From: Takakia lepidozioides
Taxonomy: Eukaryota > Plantae > Bryophyta
Length of the DNA: 64,000 nt
NCBI GenBank assembly: GCA_030704615.1
Contig: CM060734.1
Location: 59,458,001 to 59,522,000, forward strand
Direction: 5' to 3'
Below, piece by piece: positions 52,761 to 64,000 of the stretch (positions are counted from its first letter, which is position 1; each line of letters opens with the position of its first letter). The position numbers and the translations under genes were made by a program. The notes below the pieces were generated by a model, which saw nothing but the letters and a program-made list of their open reading frames with translations, ran no database searches and was not told where the DNA came from.

Positions 52761-54478
52761 CGGAAGTCTGCTGGCAACCCAGTCCGCTTGGGATGCCCTC
52801 TCGCCAAGTCCGTCGCAAGACTCATTTACGTAAGTCCACTGTGAGGTCAGCGTGGTCAGGTCTGCTAGCAGTGTCATGAGGGCAACACTCATGGCAGGTC
52901 AGAATGGGCGAGTCTGCTGCCTGAATCCGTTGGGCAAGTCCACTGGAACAGACGGGCAGACCAGTCCACTAGAGAGTCTATTGGGTTAGTGTCCAAGTCC
53001 ACCGGCGAAGTCCTCTTTGAAGTCTCTCATGTGGGGCATGTGTACTTTGCAGGGCTGTTTTCCGAGGAGTGCTCATTTCCTGTGCCTGTGGCATGTCCGG
53101 CGGGCTTGGGTGAAGCAATCATGAGCGAAAACCAAAGATCATATCACTACCGCAAACTTGCTGAAATATATGGGAGACCTCGTGTAGTGTAGAGGTGGAC
53201 CAAGCAATCCCAAAGAAGGTCTTGCGTAGGTAGCCACAACGCTCCAACGCATGAGATAGAAATATCCGAATGGGCATGAATTTATGGACTACATCGATAA
53301 GGAATGACGTCCTAAAATAGCAATGTGGTGTACAGCAGCTCGTCATGTTCCGCATGCCAGTCAAGACACAAACGCTAGCATTGAGACATACCATGGAAAC
53401 TTGAAGGCGAGTCCACCGGAGAGGACTGTTCGCAAGCAGTCCGCTACAAGAGTCACGTGCCCCAGTTTGCTGCGACCTCAGTCTGGTCCAACAAGTCCGC
53501 TGGCAGGCGAGTCCGCCGGAGGGGACTGTTCGCAAACAGTCCACTACAAGACAAACGTGCACCAGTCTGCTGCGACCTCAGTCTAGTCCAGCAAGTCCGC
53601 TGGCAGGCAGGTCCGCCATAGGGGACTGTTCGCAAGCAGTCCACTGCAAGACTCACGTGCGCCAGTCTGCTGCGACCTTAGTCTGGTCCAGCAAGTCCGC
53701 TAGTAGGCGAGTCCGTCAGAGGGGACTGTTTGCAAGCAGTCCGCTGCAAGACTCACGTGCGCCAGTTTGCTGCGACCTCAGTCTGGTCCAGCAAGTCCGC
53801 TGGCAGGCGAGTCTGCCGGAGGGGACTGTTCGGAAGTCTGCTGGCAACCTAATCCGCTTGGGATGCCCTCTGGCAAAGTCCGTCGCAAGACTCATTTACG
53901 TAAGTCCGTTGTGAGGTCAGCGTGGTCAGGTCTGCTAGCGGTGTCATGAGGGCAACACTCATGGCAGGTCAGAATGGGCGAGTCTGCTGCCTGAATCCGT
54001 TGGGCAAGTCCACTGGAACAGACGGGCAGATCAGTCCACTAGAGAGTCTATTGGGTTAGTGTCCAAGTCCACCGGCGAAGTCCTCTTTGAAGTCTCTCAT
54101 GTGGGGCATGTGTACTTTGCAGGGCTGTTTTCCGAGGAGTGCTCATTTCCTGTGCCTGTGGCATGTCCGGCGGGCTTGGGTGAAGCAATCATGAGCGAAA
54201 ACCAAAGATCATATCACTACCGCAAACTTGCTGAAATATATGGGAGACCTCGTGTAGTGTAGAGGTGGACCAAGCAATCCCAAAGAAGGTCTTGCGTAGG
54301 TAGCCACAACGCTCCAACGCATGAGATAGAAATATCCGAATGGGCATGAATTTATGGACTACATCGATAAGGAATGACGTCCTAAAATAGCAATGTGGTG
54401 TACAGCAGCTCGTCATGTTCCGCATGCCAGTCAAGATACAAACGCTAGCATTGAGACATACCATAGAAACTTGAAGGC
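52335..54478 (+). repeat. 1070-bp tandem segmental duplication
   Basis: 52335-53404 is nearly identical to 53405-54474 (identical ORFs at 52989 and 54059); AGGC microhomology at the junction. Confidence 0.95.
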
Positions 54479-55257
54479 AAGACTGAGGATGGGGAAAGGC
54501 AAAATGACTAGGCGTAGAGTGGATTGGCTCATATGAGAACTCACAGGCCGTGTGCTAACACACTACTGGTATGCAATTCACCTGAAGATGCACGGATTCA
54601 TAATGAATGACAAACAGGAGAAGTACATGTCCATTTCTGTGCTTATGGCACGCGATATCCCAGCTTGCAATGTCACTCTTCCGTTCCATCCTGGGCAACC
54701 AGCCTATGTTCTAAGCACCAATCACCCAAACACAATTTACATTGTTTACAATCCCAGATGCGAACGGGCTTCTTGCACTTGCCCGTGGGCAATGAAGGGC
54801 AATTTCTGGTAGATGCAATTGGAAACCATGAGTCTGCACTGGTGAGCAGACTGTCGAGAGTCACCGGAGTGGTAGTGTACAGGCGGATGGCATTGGCCAG
54901 TAGTCTGCCAAGTTTGGTCAACAGAATAAGTGAGAGTCCACCGTACTCAGAATGGTCAGTCTGATGGGCAGACCGCATGAGGCTCATTGGTTAGCCAGGT
55001 GCAGGCACGTTCAGAACCAAGAGATTGGTCTGCTCAGGAGAAGGCTGGCACAACAGACTGTTCGAAGACTGAGCAGAAGCATGTTACTGCATACTGGTTC
55101 AGACGGTAGAAGACTGGTTGAGCATACTGGTTCAGACGCCAGAAGACTGGTTCAGCAGACTAGTTGGCAGACTGGTTGGAAGTCTTGTGCACATGCAATC
55201 GTACCACCGAGATTTTATTTCATCGAGAGAATGATATTGTACCATTTCCTGCATTTT

Positions 55258-55825
55258 CTACTCTACTTTACAATTGGTATACGGTCTGCAACCCTCCGGA
55301 TTGTGGAGTATATGTGTGCTGCAGGTGTTGGGGGCACCAATCATCTTCCCTATCTTGCGTAAGACCCCGGGTCGCGTTCTCCATGCCTCAACAAAATCCC
55401 GTTTTCTTTTCAGCGACATATTGTTGTTGTCATTTACAGAACAAAAGCTCTTTGCTGCCGCAGGGTGCAACATTCTTGCAACACTCTTGGTGCGAATATC
55501 AACAAGTTGCCCCCTACAGATACGAAGAGAAGACATCACATGTTTCTCCAGGTATTTGTCGTCGCCAACAATGCAAAGTATATCTACAAATTCTTCGTCC
55601 ATGGAGGATGGTACGAGGATATGCTCCGCATCATAGGGGAAGTCATCTGTGGAAGGGCCCTCTGTTGCATTTCCCAAACCCTCTTCGTCGCCGCCATTTG
55701 CATGAATCCTAAGCACATTATGCAATCCTCCATTAATGGTTCCCAGCGCCGTGCCACAAGCGTGCACTATGAGTCCATCATGCAAGTGTGGATGAAGCAA
55801 CTTCAGGACTCGGACTTGATGCTTG
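55258..55825 (-). pseudogene. Inverted C-terminal part of the SWIM transposase
   Basis: Begins CKHQV, which completes the SWIM motif CTC..KGNF that breaks at 54808 on the plus strand. Confidence 0.65.
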
Positions 55826-56003
55826 CAAGAAAACACATAGACTTGACTACCTCTACTCTGAACTTGTGAATACTATCTGGAAACTAAAGGCTTCTACATG
55901 GAACTGCCGAACTTGTCCCAACTCCTCAATCTGTCGGACTCTCGTCAGTCTGGCGACATTGCCCTCTCCTAACGTCTGCTCACCAGCCTAGGCATACCCT
56001 CTT

Positions 56004-56514
56004 TGTCACGGACATAGCCCAAAAGAACTTACCAGGAGTAAAATACCAAAAGTTATCAAATTACCATGTTACCGGAAATCACCATGATCTATCATGATTT
56101 ACCATTACTTACCAAGTTACCGGGAGTTTACCAAATTATCAAGAGTAACTTAGGAAACTGCTCAGAAAACTTCATTTGGAGGAAATTTCTCTTAGGGAAG
56201 CTTCTTAGTAGCCAGTATATATATGAGGCGAGATTGGACACTCTTCAATCTCGCCAACACAAGTTCAAGCTACTCTTGTTTCTAGTCCTAGTACTTCAGT
56301 CCAGTTTCCAGTATCTAGTACTCCAGTCCAGTCTCCAGCATTCCAGTATTCAAGTCAAGTTCCAGTATCTTGTACTCTTGTCCATTGTTATAAAGATCAT
56401 CTTGATTCGTGTATATCCATCATGCATTCGGCCACGCCGACCTTGACTTCTTGTCTAGTCTTGTATCTCTAGTCTGATCTTTTGTTTGTGTTAAGTCATT
56501 CTCCGTCCTTGACA
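56004..56514 (+). repeat. 5' LTR of the chromovirus
   Basis: TGTCACGGAC...GTCCTTGACA; matches the 3' LTR; TATA-like TATATATA at ~56216. Confidence 0.93.
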
Positions 56515-59500
56515 GTTTGGCGAGACTAAAGTTTGTTCCTTAGTTAGTTAAGATGGAAGACACATTTGCGGAAATGGTCGTCACATTGCAGAGTATTCAG
56601 TTCCAGATGCAAGAACTTCGTACCTCTACCGCCCAATTACAAGCTAATCAATCTCAAGATCTTGGCAACGCTCTCCACAATTTGCAACAACAAATTTCAG
56701 AGCTAAAGGAGTCGAACAATGGATCTTCAACCATACGAGTCTCTTCTGCAACAGCTGCTACTGCAATGGTTCATCTTCAACAGATTACGAGAGAACCAAA
56801 GTTCAGCATGCCCAAGAAATTTGATAGGACGAGATCAAGATTTCGCGGTTTTGTTCAACAAATACGACTGTTCCTATGACTACATCCACAACGCTACCTC
56901 GATAAAGGTATTCAAGTGGGATTCATGGGCACCCTTCTATTAGGCACTGCCTTATCTTGGTTTGAACCGCTATTAGAAAAAAATTCGCATTTACTATACA
57001 ATTTTGAAGCATTCATGTCCGAGTTCATTGCAACGTTTGGAGAAAATGATAGGGAAAGAATTGCAGAGACAAAGATGCGAAATCTTCGACAATGAGCACG
57101 TCCTGCTTCCGTTTATGCTTTCGACAACTTGCGTGCGACCTCGACTGGAATGAGAAAGTCAGTTTCAATGTGGACTAAAAGATGATGTAAAAAATTTGTT
57201 GCTGACAATGCCAAACGTGAGCACACTGAGCGAATTCATCACCCAAGTCATTGCATGCGATAATCGTTTGTTCCAAAGACGTCAAGAGAAGCGATCTGGA
57301 TGGTCGACGACGTACCATACTGTTGTTACTACGGCACCAAACACAACGATCCATCAGACATCCGGAAATGATCATATGCAGATTGATGTTGTCCGATTCA
57401 AACCATTGACGCCACAAGAAAAACAAAGACGGCGCTCGAATGGATTATGCCTCTATTGCAGAGAACAAGATCACATAACATTAAACTGCCCCAACAAAAT
57501 AAGATTTAAAACTCGGGGCACAACTCAAGTGTTTGATACGAGGAGGTCGGAAAACGAAGATATCCAGTCACAGTAGGGACCATGGCTAGACACCCCAAAT
57601 TCCTCACCAAAAAAATGTCTATTTCTATCTCTCGACCCTGTACCTTGTTTCACAGTTCCAGTAAAAATCAGGATGCAAAACCGAGATATCTTCGTAGAAG
57701 CACTTTTGAACTCGGGTGCTTCAGCGTGTTTTATTGACAAAGACTTTGCGAAGTAAACAATTTAATGCTGGTAAGAAAGAAATTCTCGGCCTCTGTTGAA
57801 ATCATCGATGGACGACCGTTAGCATCAAGAAATATTGACCGTGAAATTCAACCCCTTGAAGTGAAGCTTAAAAATCAAGCATCATAGATTGTTTTCAATG
57901 TCATCCAATCTCCAACAAATCATGTGATCCTTGGACTTCCCTGGTTTGTACTTCATAATCCTGACATCGACTGACGATCACGAAAAATTTCGGCAAGACA
58001 GCAAAAGTACCAAAGGTATTCAACCCCTGTTTCTTGGAGCTAGAGCCTTCATGAGAGCTACGAAAAAAGACGCGACATTTGCACTTTATGCGACTCTGAT
58101 CAAAACCACAACAGACCAAAGTACTTCGACATTACCCACTCAATATCAAAATTTCAATAATGTCTTCGATAAGAAAAAACTAGACATGTTGTCAGAACAT
58201 CGACCTTATGATTGTGCAATTGAGTTACAAAAAGGAGCTCAACCACCATTCGGCCCGATCTACAATTTATCCCAGACGGAGCTGGCTGCTTTACGCGAAT
58301 ACATTGATGAAAATTTGTCAAATAATTTCATTCGACATTCAAAATCACCCGCGGGAGCACCTATCTTATTTGTGAAAAAGAAAGACGGATTGTTACGCAT
58401 GTGTGTGGACTATCATGGGCTCAACAAAGTCACTATAAAAAATCGTTACCCACTACCGCTGATTTCCGGACTCCTCGAGCAATTTGGACGAGCAAATTTT
58501 TTCACAAAGATCGACTTGAGATGAGCTTACAATCTTATACGAATAAAAGAAGGAGACGAATAGAAGACTGCTTTTCGCACAAGGTACGGACATTTCGAAT
58601 ACAGTGTTATGCCTTTCGGTCTTACAAATGTTCTTGCAATTTTTCAAAACATAATGAATGACATCTTTCGAAAAAATTTAGATGACTTTGTAGTCATCTA
58701 TTTGGACGACATTTTGATATTTTTCACATAATGAAGAAGAACATGGTCATCATGTACGCCTTGTCCTTGATAAATTGAGGGAAAAATGACTATATGTCAA
58801 GTTGGAAAAATGCCTTTTCCACCAATTTGAAGTCGAATTTTTGGGCTACATTATTTCCGACAAATGAGTCTTTATGGATCAGAAGAAAATACAAACCATC
58901 ATCGAGTGGATTAAACCAACTTCGGTCCGAGATGTACAATGTTTTCTAGGATTTGCAAGTTTCTGTAAAATCTTCATCAATGACTACTCCGAAATTGCTC
59001 CACCATTGACACGACTCACAGTGAAGGACAAATTTGTATGGGACGAGAAAGCTGACCAAACATTTGAAAGGTTGAAGCACGCATTTACAATGGCTCCAAT
59101 ACTTGTACATGCAGACCCCTATAAACCATTCTTTTTGGAAGCAGATGCATCGGACTTTGCACTTGGCGTGGTACTCTCTCAATATGGTATAGATGGACAA
59201 CTTCACCCTGTTGGTTTTCGTTCTCGTAAATTTTCCGCTGCGGAGATTAATTACGAAATCCATGACAAAGAACTTCTAGCGATTACCGATACTTTTGAGG
59301 AGTGGCGTCATCTATTGGAGGGAGCAAAACATCGAGTCACAGTCTATACCAATCATAAAAACCTCGAGTATTTTATGAGTGCTCGTGTTTTGAATCGACG
59401 TCAAGTGCGATGGAGTATGTCACTAGAAAGGTTTGATTTTGTTATTACCTACCATCTCGGACATCTTCAAGGAAAACCAGATGCTCTTTCTCGACGATCG

Positions 59501-61674
59501 TATTATGCGCCAAAAGAAGGGGATGCAGCTTTTGACCAACAGAAATCCATCATCTTGAAACCAGCAAATCTCCAATTGATTATGCTATCCATGTCCACCT
59601 ATGACGATGTAGATGTAGCGATCATAAAGGAGATTCATGAAGAACGACAAAGGAAGCACTACGACAATTTGCTACGACACTACGAAGTCAACTAAATCGA
59701 CCTCGAGACAACCCACATGTTACAAACGACTTCGAATACAAAGATGACTTATTTTATTTCAAGGGACTTCTCTAAGTACCTCCAGGACCTACACGACTTC
59801 GAATTCTTCAAAAATGTCATGATCTTCCGGCTGTAGGACATTTCGGCTTCAACAGAACAATGGAATTGATATCCAGGGACTACTGGTGGCCGCAGATGTG
59901 GAAACTCGTGAAATAATTTATAAAATCTTGCGACACGTGTACTAGAGCGAAAGGACCACGACATCGACGTTACGGTCTTCTTCAATCATTACCCATTCCC
60001 AAAGGTCCATGGTCGTCCGTGTCTATGGACTTTATTACAGACCTTCTAATTTCCAAGACCACCGATTCAATCCTTGTTATTGTAGATCGTTTTACGAAGA
60101 TGACACATTTCAGTCCATGTAATAAGACGGTTACCGGCGAGGAAATTGCAAGACTCTTCCTCAATAATATCTACCGCATTTATGGACTCCCGGAGGACAT
60201 CGTATCTGATCGAGGACCACAATTCATATCAAATTTCTGGAGGGGATTATTTCACGTATTGGATACTAAGATCAACCTCTCTACAGCTAATCATCCACAG
60301 ACTGATGGTCAAACCGAATATGTAAACCAGATTTTGGAGCAGTATCTTCGCTGTACGATAAATTATCACCAAGATAATTGGACAGACCTTTTGTCTTTGG
60401 CTAAGTTTGCCTACAACAACACTATACACTCTTCGACCAAACAAACTCCATTTTTCTCCAATTATGGTCATCATCCTCGAGCAAACCCTTTCCACATGAA
60501 GATTTTTGGAAGCCCTGCTGCAGAAAACCTTGCTACTCATCTCGATACGATTCACAATGAGCTTACATTCCACCTCGCAGAAGCTCAAAAACAATACAAA
60601 GAGTATGCAGATCAACGTCGTCAACTCCAACCCAGTTCAAGGTTGGAAATCGTGTGTGGCTTCTTTGACGGGACATACAAACCTCGCGACCATCAAGGAA
60701 GTTGGATTATCAACGCTTGGGGCCATTCAAAATTATTCGACAAACAAATCCGGTCAGTTTTCGGCTTGAACTCCCACGAAGTATGCGCATCCATCCAGTC
60801 TTTCATGTTTCATTATTGGAGTTGTATCATCCATTGAATATTCCAGGGAGAGTCTCCGTACCACCTCCACCAATCGAAGTCAATCAAGAAATTGAGTATG
60901 AAGTCGACGAAGTCCTAGACTCTCGCATCAAGTATAAACGTCTTGAGTATTTCGTATATTGGAAAGGCTACGACATTAAAACGAACGTGGGAACCTTCAT
61001 CCAACCTCGCCAATGCATCTGACAAAGTCCAAGAGTTTCATCAACGATATCCAGCTAAGCCCCAAGCTACACGTCAATAAGACGTCACAACGATGATGTC
61101 AGCAAAATTAGCTTCAAGGTGAAGACTTCACATTCAATGTACCTGCTACACGCTAAGGAGGGAGGAGCACCACACATCAGTATATATAGCTACACTTCCA
61201 TCACTCTTGCATCTTGTATTGGCAGTATGGATCCAGATACATTGGAGTTGTTGCTTACCCAGCTACCAGATCAGCCGTTCCGACTCTCACGACCTTCAAC
61301 ATCACGCCGACGCTTCTTGAGACGATGGGCCACCAATGCAACGCGTATTTCCTCGTCTGGACCCCGTACAACGACAAGTGGAGCCTACTCGAAGTCTGAT
61401 AATTCTGTTGGAGGTTGAGGCTTCGGACCCAGAGGGCAACGAAATCATGTTTGAAGGCAACTTCGAAAATCAGAATGCTCAAATCATTGCGTGATCCCAA
61501 GTTCAAGGTGTTGGACACTATCGATGGTTGCAGGGACCTATAAATCATTTGAGTCAAGAACGAAAAGCCGAATACTTGACAAGTACCATTCGCCGGATTT
61601 TGGATTTTCTCCAACTCTAAGCAAGTCCAAGATTTTACCGCTCCTCGAGGAACTCGGCGCTAGAGGAGGGTTGA

Positions 61675-62731
61675 TGTCATGGACATAGCCCACATGAACT
61701 TACCAGAAGTTACCATGTTATCAAAAATTACCATGACTTACCGTGATTTACCATTACTTACCAAGTTACCGGGAGTTTACCAAATTACCAAGAGTAACTT
61801 AGGAAACTGCTCAGGAAGCTTCATTTGGAGGAAACTTCTCTATCAAGATACCTCATATGTTTAAGGAAGCTTCTCCATCAAGAAACCTTTGTTTAATGTT
61901 GGAAACTTCTCCAGCAAAAAATCTCCATATGGGAAGCTTCTTAGTAGCCAGTATATATAGGATGCGAGACTGGACACTCTTCAGTCTCGCCAACACAAGA
62001 TATAAACTTCGTTGAACCTACATGCCTGATTAGATTTTCATGTCTGAACCTTAAAATTTTTTGCCATTGATACGCTCACCCGATCACCTACTCACCACCG
62101 CTCATCCCCCCATCAACCATCTACAGATTATTGTATTCTACGTTGGCAACAATATAATGTCGTGGAAGAAAATTCATCGACGGGGATGATAGTTCATAGG
62201 CTTGGGTACTAGGCCTAATCTACATGATTGTTTGTCTAAATATGAGTATGTTTTGGCAACACTTAGCAAATAGAGCAATGGATTCTCAGCCGTCTGCGTT
62301 TTTCATGAGCTGCCTCTTTCTTCTTGTACTACTACAAGTCAACTCATCGGGCGCCACCAATGACTATAGCCATGATGGGACGAGACACACATTTGTGCTA
62401 GATGCTTTAGTACCGAGACAGCTGATTGAGATCAATGCCAGGGAACATGGTGTATCCCTTGCTCAAGCTACTCTTGTTTCTAGTCCCAGTACTCCAGTCC
62501 AGCTTCCAGTACTCTAGTCCAGTTTCCAGTATCTAGTACTCTAGTCCAGTCTCCAACATTCCAATATCCAAGTAGTTACAGTATCTTGTACTCTTGTCCA
62601 TTGTTATAAAAATCATCTTGATTCGTGTATACCCATCATGCATTTAGCCACGCCGACCTTGACTTCTTGTCTAGTCTTGTACCTCTAGTCTGATCTCTTG
62701 TTTGTGTTAAGTCATGCTCTCGTCCTTGACA
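61675..62731 (+). repeat. 3' LTR of the chromovirus, with a ~460-bp insertion (~62000-62461) and ~90 bp of extra internal repeats
   Basis: TGTCATGGAC...GTCCTTGACA followed by the TSD. Confidence 0.9.
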
Positions 62732-63139
62732 CTCTTCGCGTACTCTGGCAGTCTGCTGACTCTCGGTTGTTTGCTGACTAGTGGACTCCCTTGGTATGTT
62801 AAACAAAATGATTGTGTGTGCTTGCACTGTGCAAGGGTAAGTCCGCTTAACAACATGCAGTGAATTGGTCACAAGTCTATAGCGAGTACTCCACACTACA
62901 CTCATAATCGACCAATAAGATGTGTATGCAAAGTCATCTTTTATTTCGTTGCAATTGCTCAAAAACATGCTTACATGACAAATGCGTCTTGTGGTGCACC
63001 TCTAATCTCGGGCCCAGACGGATATCTATGAGGATATTGCTTTCTCAGCAGCGGCCAAACCAGTCAAGATGTGCTTAAGACACTGCATCCGTTGGCCAAG
63101 TGCAAACTTGAATGTAAACCAGTATTTCGTGAAAGGTAC

Positions 63140-63460
63140 TCATTTCTCTGCCTTTTTAGAAGAGGTTCGACTATGCCCAGTTTGTAGCCATTCATAATAT
63201 CCTTGGATGAAGAATATGACGTAAAACCCACATTCCCAGTTGAATGGCTGTTCGGACACTTTAGGCTGGTTGAATTGAAATGCCCTAACCTCCTCCCAAC
63301 CCAGTGAATCAATACTGTAGCCTAAACACTTCGCATGCAGCTTCCATATCCATGACAAAACATATGGACAACCATGCAAAGACTCGATGGAGTTCATGTG
63401 AGTGTAGCAGCCTTTCCGCACGTCGATGACAACAACACTCTAGTGCCCCCTGCAAGACGA
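63140..63460 (-). pseudogene. Ulp1/C48 SUMO-protease-like fragment, a common MULE cargo
   Basis: GH*SVVVIDV..HMNS(I)..PKVSEQPFNWECGFYV, matching the HW and Q..ECG catalytic motifs. Confidence 0.7.
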
Positions 63461-64000
63461 TTCTCATGAGTCTCACGGTAGCAGTCCTCTCAGCAGACCA
63501 CTCCAACTGCCTCTCTAGCAGACTATACAGACTCGCAAGTAGGCTCGGTCTTGGTCCTAGTACACTCAGCCGACTCAGCAGACTCACAACTCAGTAGACT
63601 CAGCAAACTCATCACTCAGCAGACTCAGCATAATGAGCAGACTCAGCAGACTCGGCAGATTGAGCATACTCAAGAGAGTGGGCAGACCGAGCAGACTGTC
63701 CTCATTCAAAAGACTGGGCGGATTTGCCAGACTGAGCAGACTGAATGGATTCAACCAGCGAGAGCCCAGTGTGAACGGAGTGACGTCATTCAAAAGACTG
63801 GCCCGACAAAATAGACTGGGTATGCAAGATCTTACTCCTCCACAATCGGAACGATCATATGATGGCAGTCTTACCGCCGTCGCTGCATTTATTGCGTCCA
63901 ACATATTTAAACCTAATGACATAACGGCCGAACAGACCCACTGCAAACAAACTTGCGCAACAATATACTCATATGTCACTGCACGGACAGTCTAGTAGAC

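Larger units (their letters stand above)
34210..54808 (+). mobile_element. Decayed SWIM/MULE-type transposase gene (resembles the plant At4g13970-like family), split by the CACTA insertion
   Basis: WDRVDD|LYSFFLGEES rejoins in frame across 34401-50769; YQCCYGPDD, APHISEELK, FTIGIQTEWQ, CDANFGTN, FIVDDADAE, LCLWHVRRAW, TNASIETYHGNLK, SWIM start CTCPWAMKGNF; many stops and frameshifts; element ends not identified. Confidence 0.8.
56004..62731 (+). mobile_element. Full-length degenerate chromovirus (Tcn1/Tf1-like Ty3/gypsy)
   Basis: 5-bp TSD CTCTT (55999-56003 and 62732-62736); LTRs 56004-56514 and 61675-62731 (TG..CA); gag (CLYC..H..C), PR, RT (RMCVDY), RH (EADASD), INT (SMDFIT, SDRGPQF), chromodomain [19 protein letters not shown]; purine tract ~61661-61674. 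Confidence 0.96.

Noticed and set aside
52321-53830. Regular 100-bp repeats as a possible CRISPR array
   Set aside because: Whole units are similar, with no unique spacers or cas genes; eukaryotic intronic context

Overview
Eukaryotic nuclear DNA from a land plant, probably a non-seed plant (inferred from the PLS-type PPR fragments and the Tcn1/Tf1-like chromovirus). It holds two intact host genes: an 8-exon CDC5 (13941-19240, +) and a 2-exon germin-like protein (23488-24878, -). The rest is mostly nested, decayed transposons. The main observation is that two unrelated transposons each carry a different class of DNA methyltransferase. (1) A Ty3/gypsy LTR retrotransposon (1-8960) has a DNMT3-like C5-cytosine methyltransferase between protease and RT, and a PHD finger after integrase. 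(2) An 11.3-kb Mutator-like element (36365-47638, 10-bp TSD) carries, divergent from its transposase, a multi-exon gene fusing a ParB/Srx-like domain to a beta-class amino (N6A/N4C-type) methyltransferase. That gene's introns hold about 9 copies of a 20-bp CG-N4-CG quasi-palindrome. Element 2 sits inside a CACTA-ended element (34401-50769) that carries PPR and PDF-motif fragments. That element interrupts an older SWIM/MULE-type transposase gene, which also shows a 1070-bp tandem duplication, an apparent inversion and a nearby self-priming chromovirus (56004-62731). An L1-type LINE lies at about 8961-13400. All assignments are by-eye motif recognition; no searches were run.
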